Part shown: positions 26,587 to 34,886 of the stretch, piece by piece
How the letters are laid out: every line of letters starts with the position of its first letter
Position numbering within the stretch: the first letter of the stretch is position 1
Assembly (NCBI GenBank): GCA_016868035.1
Contig: VGID01000001.1
Span: 64,289-128,288 of the forward strand
Source: Betaproteobacteria bacterium
GTDB lineage: Bacteria; Pseudomonadota; Gammaproteobacteria; Burkholderiales; SG8-41
Direction of reading: 5' to 3'
Length of the DNA: 64,000 nucleotides
Made by a program: the position numbers and the translations under genes
Notes under the pieces: model-generated
Told to the model about the DNA's origin: nothing
The model's input: only the letters and a program-made list of their open reading frames with translations
Databases searched by the model: none

Positions 26587-27544
26587 TAATGGCGAGCTTG
26601 CGCTCCCGGATGATGACCGCCCAGCGCGCGGATTCTTCCTTCATCGCCTTGCCGAACGCGGCCGGCGTATTGCCCACCGGGACCATCCCCAGTTCATCGA
26701 AGCGCCGCTTGATGTCGGCGCTCTGCAGCACCTTGACCAGGTCGGCATAGATCTTGTCGAGTATCGCCTTCGGCGTGCCGGCGGGAGCGACGAGCCCGAA
26801 CCAGCCCAAGTTCTCGAAGCCCGGCAGCGTTTCCGCGACCGTCGGCACGTTCGGCAGCTGTGGCGTGCGCTGCCTGCTCGTGACGCCGAGCGCCCGGATC
26901 CGGCCCTGGTTGATGAAGCCGATCGAGGCGGCGAGGTTGGGCGTGAGCACCTGGATCTGCCCGCCGACGAGATCGGTGAGCGCCGGGCCCTCGCCCTTGT
27001 ACGGCACGTGCGTCGCGTCGATGCGCGCCGTGTAGAGGAAGTTCTCCGCGGCGAGATGCGTCTGCGTGCCGATGCCCGCCGAGCCGATCGTGACGGCGCC
27101 CGGCTTCGACTTGGCAAGCGCGATCAGGTCCTTGATCGTCTTCGCTGCAACCGCGTTCGCGACCGCGACTACCTGCGGGCCGCTCGCGACGTTGGTGATC
27201 GGCACGAAGTCCTTCTCGGGGTCGTAACCGAGCTTCTTGTACATGTGCTGGTTCGCCGTCATCACCGAGCCCGACGGCATGAACAGCGTGTAGCCATCCG
27301 GCGTCGCTTTCGCCGCAAGATCGGCACCGATGTTGCCGCCGGCGCCCCCACGGTTGTCCACGACGATGCTCTGGCCCCACATTTCGGTGAGCGGCTGGGC
27401 GACCACGCGGGTGACGATGTCGGTCGCGCCTCCGGGTGCGAACGGCACGATGATGCGCACCGGCCGGTTGGGATAGCTCTGGGCCCAGCTGCCCGCCGCA
27501 ACGAGCAGCGCAGCTGCCGCAAGTAACAGCTTTGCAACGCGCAT
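26582..27544 (-). CDS. Bug/TTT-family periplasmic substrate-binding protein
   Basis: ORF track, 320 aa. SD AGGAGG. Signal peptide, then YPNRPVRIIVPFAPGGATD. Confidence 0.9.
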   Translation of the reverse strand: MRVAKLLLAAAALLVAAGSWAQSYPNRPVRIIVPFAPGGATDIVTRVVAQPLTEMWGQSIVVDNRGGAGGNIGADLAAKATPDGYTLFMPSGSVMTANQHMYKKLGYDPEKDFVPITNVASGPQVVAVANAVAAKTIKDLIALAKSKPGAVTIGSAGIGTQTHLAAENFLYTARIDATHVPYKGEGPALTDLVGGQIQVLTPNLAASIGFINQGRIRALGVTSRQRTPQLPNVPTVAETLPGFENLGWFGLVAPAGTPKAILDKIYADLVKVLQSADIKRRFDELGMVPVGNTPAAFGKAMKEESARWAVIIRERKLAIN

Positions 27545-27633
27545 GGCTTCCTCCTAATTGTTGGTTTGAATCAAGGCCTTCTTCGGACCTACCTTACCCG
27601 ATAGTCGCTAGCGCGGCAAGGCGCAGCCGCGCT

Positions 27634-29016
27634 CTACAAACCCAACGCCTCGGCCACGAGCTCCCGCAACTCGCGCTCGAGCTTCTTGCGCAGCGAACGA
27701 TAGGCGGGACGCCGGATCACGTTACGGATCTCGTACGGATCCTTGTCGAGATCGTAGAGCTCGTCGAGTTCGCCGGAGCGCCCGCGGTTCACCCAATGGA
27801 TGTACTTGTAGCGGTCGGTGCGCACCGCCTTGTAGGTCATGCCGACGAGCCACGGCATCGCGTTCTCCGACCAGTACTCGACGAGGAAGGACTTGCGCCA
27901 GCCCGCGCGCTTGCCGGCGAGCAGCGGCAGCAACGAGCGTCCCTGTATCTGCGGCCCCGGCTTCCCGCCCGCGAGCTCGATCAGCGTGGGCGCGATGTCC
28001 TGGCAGATGACGAGCTCGCGCAATCGCGAGCCGGCCTTGATGCGCTTCGGGTAGCGCGCGACGAACGGCGAGCGGATACCCTCCTCGTACGCAAAGCGCC
28101 GGTCCGGGCCCAGCCCGTGCTCGCCGAAGAAGAACCCGTTGTCGCCGAAGAACAGGATGAACGTGTCGTCGAGCTGCCCGGTGCGCTCGAGCGCCTCGAA
28201 CAACATGCCCACCCCCTCGTCCACCGCGGCCATCATGCACGCACGGCGCCGGATCTCCTCCTGCGTGCCCGACTGCAGCGCCTCGAGGATCGACTTCGAC
28301 TGCGGCGTCTGCCGCAGCTCGAACGCTTCCGCCCACGCCGGCTTCTGCTTGACCACCTCGGCCGCAGTAAGCATGTTGGGCCTCTTCGGGAACACGCGGC
28401 CCTTGTAGAGGTTACGATGCCGCTCGGCGACGAGGTAGCCGCCGTCCTTGACGACGAAAGTGCCGTCGCCGGCCTGCTCGGCATCCGGGTGCACGGCCTT
28501 GTGCGCGAAGAAGAGCGACCACGGCTTCTCGTGCTTCTTCTCGACGAACTCCACCGCCATTCGGTTCATGATGTCGGTGATGTAGCCGCTGTGCTGCACG
28601 TACTCGCCGTTCTCGTTCAGACGCGGGTCGGAGAGTCGCCCGTGGCCGTCGTAGCTTACCCACTGGTCGTAGCCCGGCCGCGGCTTGCCGTCGTTGCCCA
28701 TGTGCCACTTGCCGATGTGGGCGGTCTCGTAGCCCAGGCGCTGCAGCTCGAGATGGTAGTTCGGGAGCCGGTGGCTCGCGGCGTCGCGCGCGACATTGTC
28801 GATGATGCCGTGGCGGCTCGCGTACTGGCCGGTCACGACCGAGGCGCGGTTGGGCGAGCAGATCGGCGTGGTGTGGAACGCGCGCTCGAACAGCGCGCCC
28901 TCGTGCGCGATGCGGTCCGTGTGCGGCGTCTTCATGTACGGATGGCCGCCCGCGCCGAATTCATCGTAGCGCAGGTCGTCGATCAGGATGATGAGAAAGT
29001 TGGGTCTGCGGGGCAC
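27634..29016 (-). CDS. Cys-type sulfatase (arylsulfatase family), no signal peptide
   Basis: ORF track, 460 aa. GTG start preceded by GAGGAGG. NFLIILIDDLRYD. Formylglycine motif C-S-P-N-R in TTPICSPNRASVVTGQY. GKWH. Confidence 0.9.
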   Translation of the reverse strand: MPRRPNFLIILIDDLRYDEFGAGGHPYMKTPHTDRIAHEGALFERAFHTTPICSPNRASVVTGQYASRHGIIDNVARDAASHRLPNYHLELQRLGYETAHIGKWHMGNDGKPRPGYDQWVSYDGHGRLSDPRLNENGEYVQHSGYITDIMNRMAVEFVEKKHEKPWSLFFAHKAVHPDAEQAGDGTFVVKDGGYLVAERHRNLYKGRVFPKRPNMLTAAEVVKQKPAWAEAFELRQTPQSKSILEALQSGTQEEIRRRACMMAAVDEGVGMLFEALERTGQLDDTFILFFGDNGFFFGEHGLGPDRRFAYEEGIRSPFVARYPKRIKAGSRLRELVICQDIAPTLIELAGGKPGPQIQGRSLLPLLAGKRAGWRKSFLVEYWSENAMPWLVGMTYKAVRTDRYKYIHWVNRGRSGELDELYDLDKDPYEIRNVIRRPAYRSLRKKLERELRELVAEALGL

Positions 29017-29038
29017 GGCGCCTCCTCGTGTGTTGTTG

Positions 29039-29857
29039 TTATGATTCGCGCGCGCCGCGCCGCTTCAGCTTCGGACCCACCACGCCCAGGCCCACGCGCA
29101 ACGCTTCGGTCTCCATGATGTCCTGCGGCATGACGTTGGCGAGATTGACGTCGGGCCCGAATTCCTCGACCAGGAATTTCTTCATGTCCTCCGCCGCCGC
29201 GAGCGTTACGCCCTTGATCCACGGTCCCGGCAGCTCGATCAGCACTCTCGACATGTCGATCCCACGCCGCAGTCCGGCGATGAGCTTCGTCTTGGGTCTG
29301 CCGCGCTCGATCAACTCGGCCGCCTCCACCAGCACCAGCTCCGCGCCCGCCGCGAAGCAAGTCTCGGCCTGGCGCAGCAGTGCTCGCGCGTCGTTCTTCA
29401 TGTCCTTCGAGCCCACCTCGCCGAACACGGCGAGACCGCAATCGCACGCGAGGCGGATCTGCTGGCGCCGCTCCTTGTCCGAGAGCGGCACGCAGTTGTC
29501 GGAAATCTCCACCACGTCGAAGCCGACCCGCTTCGCCTCGATGAGAAACCGGCGCAGGGCACCGGCCCCGTAGGTCGCGTACACGTACTCCTGGAACTGG
29601 CCTCCGACGAACGGGCGGACGCGGTTCTTCTTGTAGAGGGCGAGCTTGCGGCGCAGGTACGCCGTGTCGTAGAGGCGGGAAGTGCCCACCGCGATCTTTG
29701 CGAGATCGATGTAGGGCCCCGCCATCTCCACCACGTCCCGCGCCTGGCCGTACGGAAGCCCGAAGTCGACCATCATGGTGAGTCCCGAGCGGCGTGGCTT
29801 GCGCTGGGTGCGCGCCCGCGGCAGCTCGACAAAGGAAAAAGGTGCTGCGCGTTTCAT
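29039..29857 (-). CDS. ComA-family (phosphosulfolactate synthase-like) protein
   Basis: In-frame part of ORF 29039..30286. ATG 29857 preceded by GAGGAA. GLTMMVDFGLP, IDLAKIAVGTSRLY, FDVVEISDN and FGEVGSKD resemble the ComA family. Confidence 0.82.
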   Translation of the reverse strand: MKRAAPFSFVELPRARTQRKPRRSGLTMMVDFGLPYGQARDVVEMAGPYIDLAKIAVGTSRLYDTAYLRRKLALYKKNRVRPFVGGQFQEYVYATYGAGALRRFLIEAKRVGFDVVEISDNCVPLSDKERRQQIRLACDCGLAVFGEVGSKDMKNDARALLRQAETCFAAGAELVLVEAAELIERGRPKTKLIAGLRRGIDMSRVLIELPGPWIKGVTLAAAEDMKKFLVEEFGPDVNLANVMPQDIMETEALRVGLGVVGPKLKRRGARES

Positions 29858-29898
29858 GTGTTCCTCACGATTGCGATGCGGCCGCCGCCCGGATCGAC

Positions 29899-30249
29899 TC
29901 AAAAAAACAGGTTCAGCGCGAAACCCAGTGCCGCCGCGATGCTCACGCCGGCAGCGGCCGCGAGCAGGCTCTTCTCCCAGTCGCGCCAGGCCAGGAATTC
30001 CAGCGCGAGCAGGCGCGCCCCGCCCGCCATGTGCGCCGACAGGAGCAGCACCAGCACGATCTCGGAGAGCTTCACCAGCGGCTGCTCGCTCCAGCGCAGG
30101 AAGGCGTCGAGCGCGGCCTCGCCCTGCAGCGCCTGGCCCAGCGCCCAGAAATGCACCGGCAGGAAGGCTGCGAGCCCCACACCCGAGATCCGGTGCATGA
30201 TGAACGCCCAGTACGCGGGGTGGTTGCGTGCGCGGAAGTCGCTTCTCAT
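29899..30249 (-). CDS. small integral-membrane protein, SdhC/FrdC-like anchor candidate
   Basis: ORF track, 116 aa. Three predicted TM helices. HRISGVGLAAFLPVHF His-containing helix. Position next to the Fe-S subunit cluster. Confidence 0.6.
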   Translation of the reverse strand: MRSDFRARNHPAYWAFIMHRISGVGLAAFLPVHFWALGQALQGEAALDAFLRWSEQPLVKLSEIVLVLLLSAHMAGGARLLALEFLAWRDWEKSLLAAAAGVSIAAALGFALNLFF

Positions 30250-30260
30250 ATGTCAGCTGC

Positions 30261-30436
30261 AATCGCCGATGAACGCCGATACACACCGATCGCCTTCGTG
30301 AAACGTGAATCGTGAATCGTGAATCGCGAAACCACCGGATCGATCGGGAAAGTCCGGGTGATCCTTCTGCGCATTACCCATTCCCCATGACCGGTTTCCA
30401 TCCGCGTTCATCGGCGTTCATCGGCGGTTTCAAATG
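30261..30436. repeat. composite repeat: decamer arm + GTGAATC heptamers + inverted decamer arm
   Basis: Left arm AATCGCCGATGAACGCCGATACACACCGAT. Then GTGAAAC GTGAATC GTGAATC GTGAATC GCGAAAC. Right arm GCGTTCATCGGCGTTCATCGGCGGTTTCA, whose TCA is the stop codon of the 30430..30786 gene. Confidence 0.8.
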
Positions 30437-30786
30437 AAGACGGCGTAGACGGCGCGAAAGCCGAGAACCGCGAGCACGATGCCGATCATCAGCACGGTCG
30501 CCTCCAGCGCCCGCCCGCGCCACTGGAACGTCTCCGAAAGCACCGTGCGCAGACCGATCGGCGCGTGGATCGCAACCGCCGCCACGAACAGCGCGTAGAA
30601 CGCGGCCCAGCCCACGCTGCCCCGGGTGCGCGAGAGGATCTCCGCGGCGGTGAGCCCACCCTGCACGGCGTAGATCATGGTGAGCAGATGCACGAGCACG
30701 CACGCGGCCAGAACCGCCGCGCTCGCCCGCTGCGCCGTCCACAGCAGAACCTGCGCGCGGACGCTGAGCTCTCCGTCACTCGTCAC
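30430..30786 (-). CDS. small integral-membrane protein, SdhD/FrdD-like anchor candidate
   Basis: ORF track, 118 aa. Three TM helices. GTG start and first codons lie inside a CGTCACT array 11 nt after the Fe-S subunit stop. Confidence 0.55.
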   Translation of the reverse strand: MTSDGELSVRAQVLLWTAQRASAAVLAACVLVHLLTMIYAVQGGLTAAEILSRTRGSVGWAAFYALFVAAVAIHAPIGLRTVLSETFQWRGRALEATVLMIGIVLAVLGFRAVYAVFI

Positions 30787-30808
30787 TCGTCACTCCGTCA
30801 CTCCGTTA
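30771..30808. repeat. CGTCACT heptamer array spanning a stop / SD / start junction
   Basis: CTC CGTCACT CGTCACT CGTCACT CCGTCACT CCGTTAC. It contains the Fe-S subunit stop (30798-30800) and the GTG start (30786-30784) of the next gene. Confidence 0.9.
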
Positions 30809-31523
30809 CCGCGAGCTCGCCGCGCAACGCGGCGAGCGCGGTGGCGCGCTTGAGCCCCGCGATCGAGGCGGTCGGAGCGAGGCCCTTGGGGCAGCGCTCG
30901 GTGCAATTCATGTGCGTGTGACACGCGTGGCATCCCGCGTCCCCGGCGACCGCCGCGAGGCGCGCCCGCCCGTCCGCGTCGCGCACGTCATTCAGCAGCG
31001 TCCACGCGCGGTTCAGCGCCGCGGGGCCGAGGTAATCGGGGTTCCATGCGACCACGTCGCACGAGCTGTAGCACACGCCGCACCCGATGCATTCGATCCC
31101 CGCATCCGCGAGCCGGCGCTGCTCCGTATCCGGGGAAACCCGCGCGAAATCGTCCTTGCGCGTGCGCGTGCCCTGGAACCGGCCGCGCGCGCGCGCCCAT
31201 TTGTCGAAGAAGGGCGTCATGTCGGCAACCAGGTCCTTGATGACGGGCAGGTTGGCGAGGGGCGCGAGCTCGAGCAAGCCGCCGGTGGCGACCTTCGCGA
31301 CGTGCGTGCGGCAAGTCCAGCGCGCGCGGCCGTTCACCGTCATCGCGCACGAGCCGCACATTCCGACTCGGCAGGCAAAGCGGTAGGAGAGCGTGGGGTC
31401 GAGGCTGCGCTGAATGTAAGTGACGACGTCGAGCACCGTCTGGCTCTCCAGCCGCGGCACGTCGAATGCCTGGAAACTTCCCTCTTCCCCGCCGCGCCAG
31501 ATCCGAACGTGGAGCGTGCTCAT
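30798..31523 (-). CDS. Sdh/Frd-type iron-sulfur subunit homologue
   Basis: C-terminal 241 codons of ORF 30798..32354, from ATG 31523 (MSTLHVRIWRG...). Cluster motifs CRVGMCGSCAM, CIGCGVCYSSC, CHACHTHMNCTERCP. Confidence 0.88.
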   Translation of the reverse strand: MSTLHVRIWRGGEEGSFQAFDVPRLESQTVLDVVTYIQRSLDPTLSYRFACRVGMCGSCAMTVNGRARWTCRTHVAKVATGGLLELAPLANLPVIKDLVADMTPFFDKWARARGRFQGTRTRKDDFARVSPDTEQRRLADAGIECIGCGVCYSSCDVVAWNPDYLGPAALNRAWTLLNDVRDADGRARLAAVAGDAGCHACHTHMNCTERCPKGLAPTASIAGLKRATALAALRGELAVTE

Positions 31524-31534
31524 GCTCGCGTTAC

Positions 31535-33244
31535 TCAATGCGCCGGGGCAGCGGCCGCGGCGGAGCCGCGCGCCACGATCGGCGCCGCGACGCGCTCGGT
31601 GAGCACGTTCACGCAAGCGGGGCGCCCCGATGTGCGCGCACGCTCGAGCGCGGCGGTCAGGTCGGCGGCGTGTGGCACGAATTCGCCGTGTGCGCCGAGC
31701 CCGGCCGCGACCTGGTCGTAGCGGGTGGGCAGCAGCTCGCAGCCGTGCGCCCGGCCGGGGCCGTAGTTGCGCAGCTGGATCTGGTGCTCCGCATTCCAGC
31801 ACGCGTCGTTGCCGACGACCGCGACGAAATCGAGATTCTCGCGCACCGCCGTGTCGAATTCGGCCAGGTGAAATCCGAAGGCGCCGTCGCCGCTCATCGC
31901 CACCACCGTTGCATCCGGGCGCGCCATGCGTGCGGCGAGCGCAAACGGCAGTGCGCTGCCGATCGAGCCGCCCTGGCCGTTGATCACGCGCGAGGGCGCG
32001 TGCACGCACGCCTGCGCCCATTGCCCGAACTCCCCGCCGTCGGAAACCAGCACGGCGTCGCGCGATCGGTCGATGAGCTGCTGCACCGCGCGTCCCACGG
32101 CGACCGGGTGCGCAGGACCCGTGCTGCCCGCGGCGAGCTTGTTCCAGGCTTCCGGCCGGAAGCGCACTGCGGCGTCCACTTCGCGCGCCCATTCGCCATG
32201 CTTCGGGCCCGCGCCGGCTGCACGCCTGGCCAGGGTTTGCGCGGCAGCAATGGTATCGGCGGCGACCGCGAGCGCGACGCGCTGCGGATCGCCCAGCGTG
32301 CGCTGCGCTCGCGCGAGCGCCTCCGCATCGGGATCGATGACGGCGAAACGGCAACCCGGAGCGACCGCGGGAGCTTGCGCAAAGCGCAGAGTGAAATCGG
32401 GTTGCTTGCCGAGAAGCAGGATGAAATCGGCCTGCGCCAGGACTTCGGCGAAGGCCCCGAGCGCAGGATCATTCACGCCGCGCGGGCTTTCCATGCACAG
32501 GACGGGGGCCGCGATGGCGGCGGCGAGGCGCTCGCGCAGCTCGCGCCCGTTCGCGTTTGCAAGCTGCGGACCGGTCAGCACCAGCGGGCGGCGCGCGCGC
32601 TTCAGCGCGGCGAGCACCGCGTCGGCGGCATCGCCTGCGAGCGCAACGGGTTGCGCCCGGAAGGCGGTTGACGGAGGCAATGCGCCCGCGCCATCCGCCA
32701 GCCTGGCCTCGAGCAGATCGAACGGAAGGCTCACGTGCACCGGACCCGGACGGCCTGATGTCGCGACACGTATGGCGCTAGCCATATCCTCGCCGAGCGC
32801 CGCGGCACTCTTCGCCGTCCACGACGCCTTGGCCACCGGGGCCGCCATGTCCGCCTGGCGCATTTCCTGGAATGATCCGAGGCCGAGCTCGGCGAGCGGC
32901 GCATGCCCGGAGAGCATGACCACCGGCGAATCCGCGGCGAGCGCCGTGTAGAGCGCGCCGACGCCGTTGGCATGGCCGGGTCCGCCCGTCAGGAGCACGA
33001 TACCCGGCTCGCCGGTGAGCCGCGCCCACGCATCCGCCATGTGCACTGCGGCGCCCTCGTGCCGGGTATGGATGATCCTTAACCGCGCATCGAGTGCCGC
33101 GTCGTAGACCGGCATCACGTGATTGCCGGACAGGGAAAAGAGATTTCGCACGCCGGCGGCCGCCAGCGCGCGCGCGAGCAGGTCGGCACCTCTCAGCGCA
33201 GCCATGTCTTTTCGGCGCAAGAGTGGCGCAACCGCGTGCGCCAC
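31535..33244 (-). CDS. thiamine-diphosphate-dependent enzyme (acetolactate synthase / oxalyl-CoA decarboxylase / Xsc superfamily)
   Basis: ORF track, 569 aa. GADLLARALAAAGV, TGGPGHANG, GSFQEM, GDGAFGF TPP-binding motif. An alternative start is ATG 33205. Confidence 0.87.
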   Translation of the reverse strand: MAHAVAPLLRRKDMAALRGADLLARALAAAGVRNLFSLSGNHVMPVYDAALDARLRIIHTRHEGAAVHMADAWARLTGEPGIVLLTGGPGHANGVGALYTALAADSPVVMLSGHAPLAELGLGSFQEMRQADMAAPVAKASWTAKSAAALGEDMASAIRVATSGRPGPVHVSLPFDLLEARLADGAGALPPSTAFRAQPVALAGDAADAVLAALKRARRPLVLTGPQLANANGRELRERLAAAIAAPVLCMESPRGVNDPALGAFAEVLAQADFILLLGKQPDFTLRFAQAPAVAPGCRFAVIDPDAEALARAQRTLGDPQRVALAVAADTIAAAQTLARRAAGAGPKHGEWAREVDAAVRFRPEAWNKLAAGSTGPAHPVAVGRAVQQLIDRSRDAVLVSDGGEFGQWAQACVHAPSRVINGQGGSIGSALPFALAARMARPDATVVAMSGDGAFGFHLAEFDTAVRENLDFVAVVGNDACWNAEHQIQLRNYGPGRAHGCELLPTRYDQVAAGLGAHGEFVPHAADLTAALERARTSGRPACVNVLTERVAAPIVARGSAAAAAPAH

Positions 33245-33259
33245 CGCGCGCCGCTTGCC

Positions 33260-34429
33260 TCAGGCACTTTCGTAGAGGCGTGTCAGCACGAACTCGCGGT
33301 GCCCGAGCGCTTCGGCGCAGGTGAGCCGGCCGTTGCACGTGCGCATCATCGCCTCGAGCAGCTCGTCGCCGCACTGGTCCATGTTCTTCTCCCGCTGCAG
33401 CAGTCCGGACACGTCGAGATCGACGTGCTCGCCCATCGTGCGGGCGGTGCGCGGATTGGCCGTCAACTTGATCACCGGCAGGATCGGGTTGCCGATCACG
33501 TTGCCCTGCCCCGTGGGGAAGAAGTGGACGACGAAGCCGGAGGCCGCGCACAGCGTCACCATCTCGGCGGCGGCGGAGGAGGAATCCATGAACCACAGGC
33601 CGGGCGCGGTCGGGGTCTCCGCCTTGTCGAGTACGCCGATCACCTTGCACTTCTTGCCGATTTTCTGGATGTTGCCGAGCGCCTTTTCCTCGATCGTGGT
33701 GAGCCCGCCGGCGATGTTGCCTTTGGTGGGCTGCGACTCCGAGAGGTCGTCGGTCTTGTGCCGCTCGACCACTTCCTGATAGCGGTTGAACATGGACATG
33801 AAGCGGTCGCGCACCTCCTGCGTCGCGCAACGATCCGCCACGATCTGCTCGCCACCCGTGATCTCGGTGGTCTCGCCGAAGCACAGCGTGACGCCCAGCG
33901 GCTCGAGCTTGTCGAACGCATTGCCAACGGTGGGATTGGAGCCGCACCCCGAGGTCGTGTCCGACTCGCCGCACTTGGTGGACACCCACAGCTCGCTCAT
34001 CGCGCACTCCTCGCGCCGCAGCTCCGAGGCCCACTGCACGTACTCCTTGGCGACCTGGGAGGCGCGCCGGATCGTATCGTGGTCGCCGTGGCCCTCGATG
34101 CCGAAGCCGGTGACGGGCTTGCCGGTCTTGGCGATCCCGTCCACCACGCGCTTGGTCCAGCCTTCCTCGATGCCGATCACCACCACCGCCGCCACGTTGG
34201 GGTTCGAGCCGGCGCCGATCAGCGTGCGGAAATGCAGGTCCAGGTCCGCGCCGAACTGCAGCCGCCCGTACGGATGCGGGATCGCCATCGCGCCCTTGAT
34301 GTTGTGCGCGACTCCCTCGCAGGCGGCGTTCGAAAGATCGTCCACCGGAAGGATGATGACGTGGTTGCGCACGCCCACGCGCCCGTTCTCGCGCCGGTAG
34401 CCCGAAAATGTCGTCTTGGCCGTAATCAT
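33260..34429 (-). CDS. UxaA-family dehydratase large subunit (SuyB-like)
   Basis: ORF 33260..34504. ATG 34429 ([23 protein letters not shown]) preceded by GAGG. Altronate-dehydratase C-terminal-type sequence. Confidence 0.87.
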   Translation of the reverse strand: MITAKTTFSGYRRENGRVGVRNHVIILPVDDLSNAACEGVAHNIKGAMAIPHPYGRLQFGADLDLHFRTLIGAGSNPNVAAVVVIGIEEGWTKRVVDGIAKTGKPVTGFGIEGHGDHDTIRRASQVAKEYVQWASELRREECAMSELWVSTKCGESDTTSGCGSNPTVGNAFDKLEPLGVTLCFGETTEITGGEQIVADRCATQEVRDRFMSMFNRYQEVVERHKTDDLSESQPTKGNIAGGLTTIEEKALGNIQKIGKKCKVIGVLDKAETPTAPGLWFMDSSSAAAEMVTLCAASGFVVHFFPTGQGNVIGNPILPVIKLTANPRTARTMGEHVDLDVSGLLQREKNMDQCGDELLEAMMRTCNGRLTCAEALGHREFVLTRLYESA

Positions 34430-34440
34430 TGCAATGCCTC

Positions 34441-34475
34441 GTGATGAATAGTGGGTAATGGGTGATCCATGACGG
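34441..34475. repeat. degenerate heptamers, GTGATGN type
   Basis: GTGATGA ATAGTGG GTAATGG GTGATCC ATGACGG, between the SAF and UxaA genes. Confidence 0.55.
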
Positions 34476-34511
34476 GCACGCGTGGCTCTGCCGCGCGTGC
34501 GCACGCGTCCG

Positions 34512-34793
34512 TTACCACCGCTTGGTCTTGATGTTGTGCACGTGCGCGTGCTCGCCGAGCCTGATGTCGGCGACCGCCCGCCCGATGTCGTGGCCGTACT
34601 TGATCACGGTGTCGCCTTTCTTGATCTCCTTGGTGGCGAGCTTGTGGCCGATCGGAACGTCGTTCAACGCCTTCACCTTGATGGTCGCGTCGCCTTCCAT
34701 CACCCAGCCGGTGAGCTCCTGCCCGGCCTTGACGCCCTCGACGACGACGACGCCGACGGTATCTTTCTTGTCGTGAACCAGAACGTGGATCAT
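34512..34793 (-). CDS. SAF-domain small subunit (UxaA N-terminal / SuyA-like)
   Basis: ORF 34512..34817. ATG 34793 ([18 protein letters not shown]...) preceded by [34 protein letters not shown] pattern. Confidence 0.8.
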   Translation of the reverse strand: MIHVLVHDKKDTVGVVVVEGVKAGQELTGWVMEGDATIKVKALNDVPIGHKLATKEIKKGDTVIKYGHDIGRAVADIRLGEHAHVHNIKTKRW

Positions 34794-34886
34794 CTCCTCT
34801 CCTCGCAGCAAAAACACCCGCAGCGGCGGTGCCTGACGAAGCTCGACGCCGAAGAACTGCAGGCGGGTTGGTCCAGGGAAGGCCTA

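Noticed and set aside
34430-34474. 14-codon mini-ORF ([14 protein letters not shown]) overlapping the UxaA start by ATGA
   Set aside because: It has no SD of its own, whereas the UxaA gene has a good GAGG. It is probably a chance ORF, unlike the SD-equipped mini-ORF at 25520..25567.
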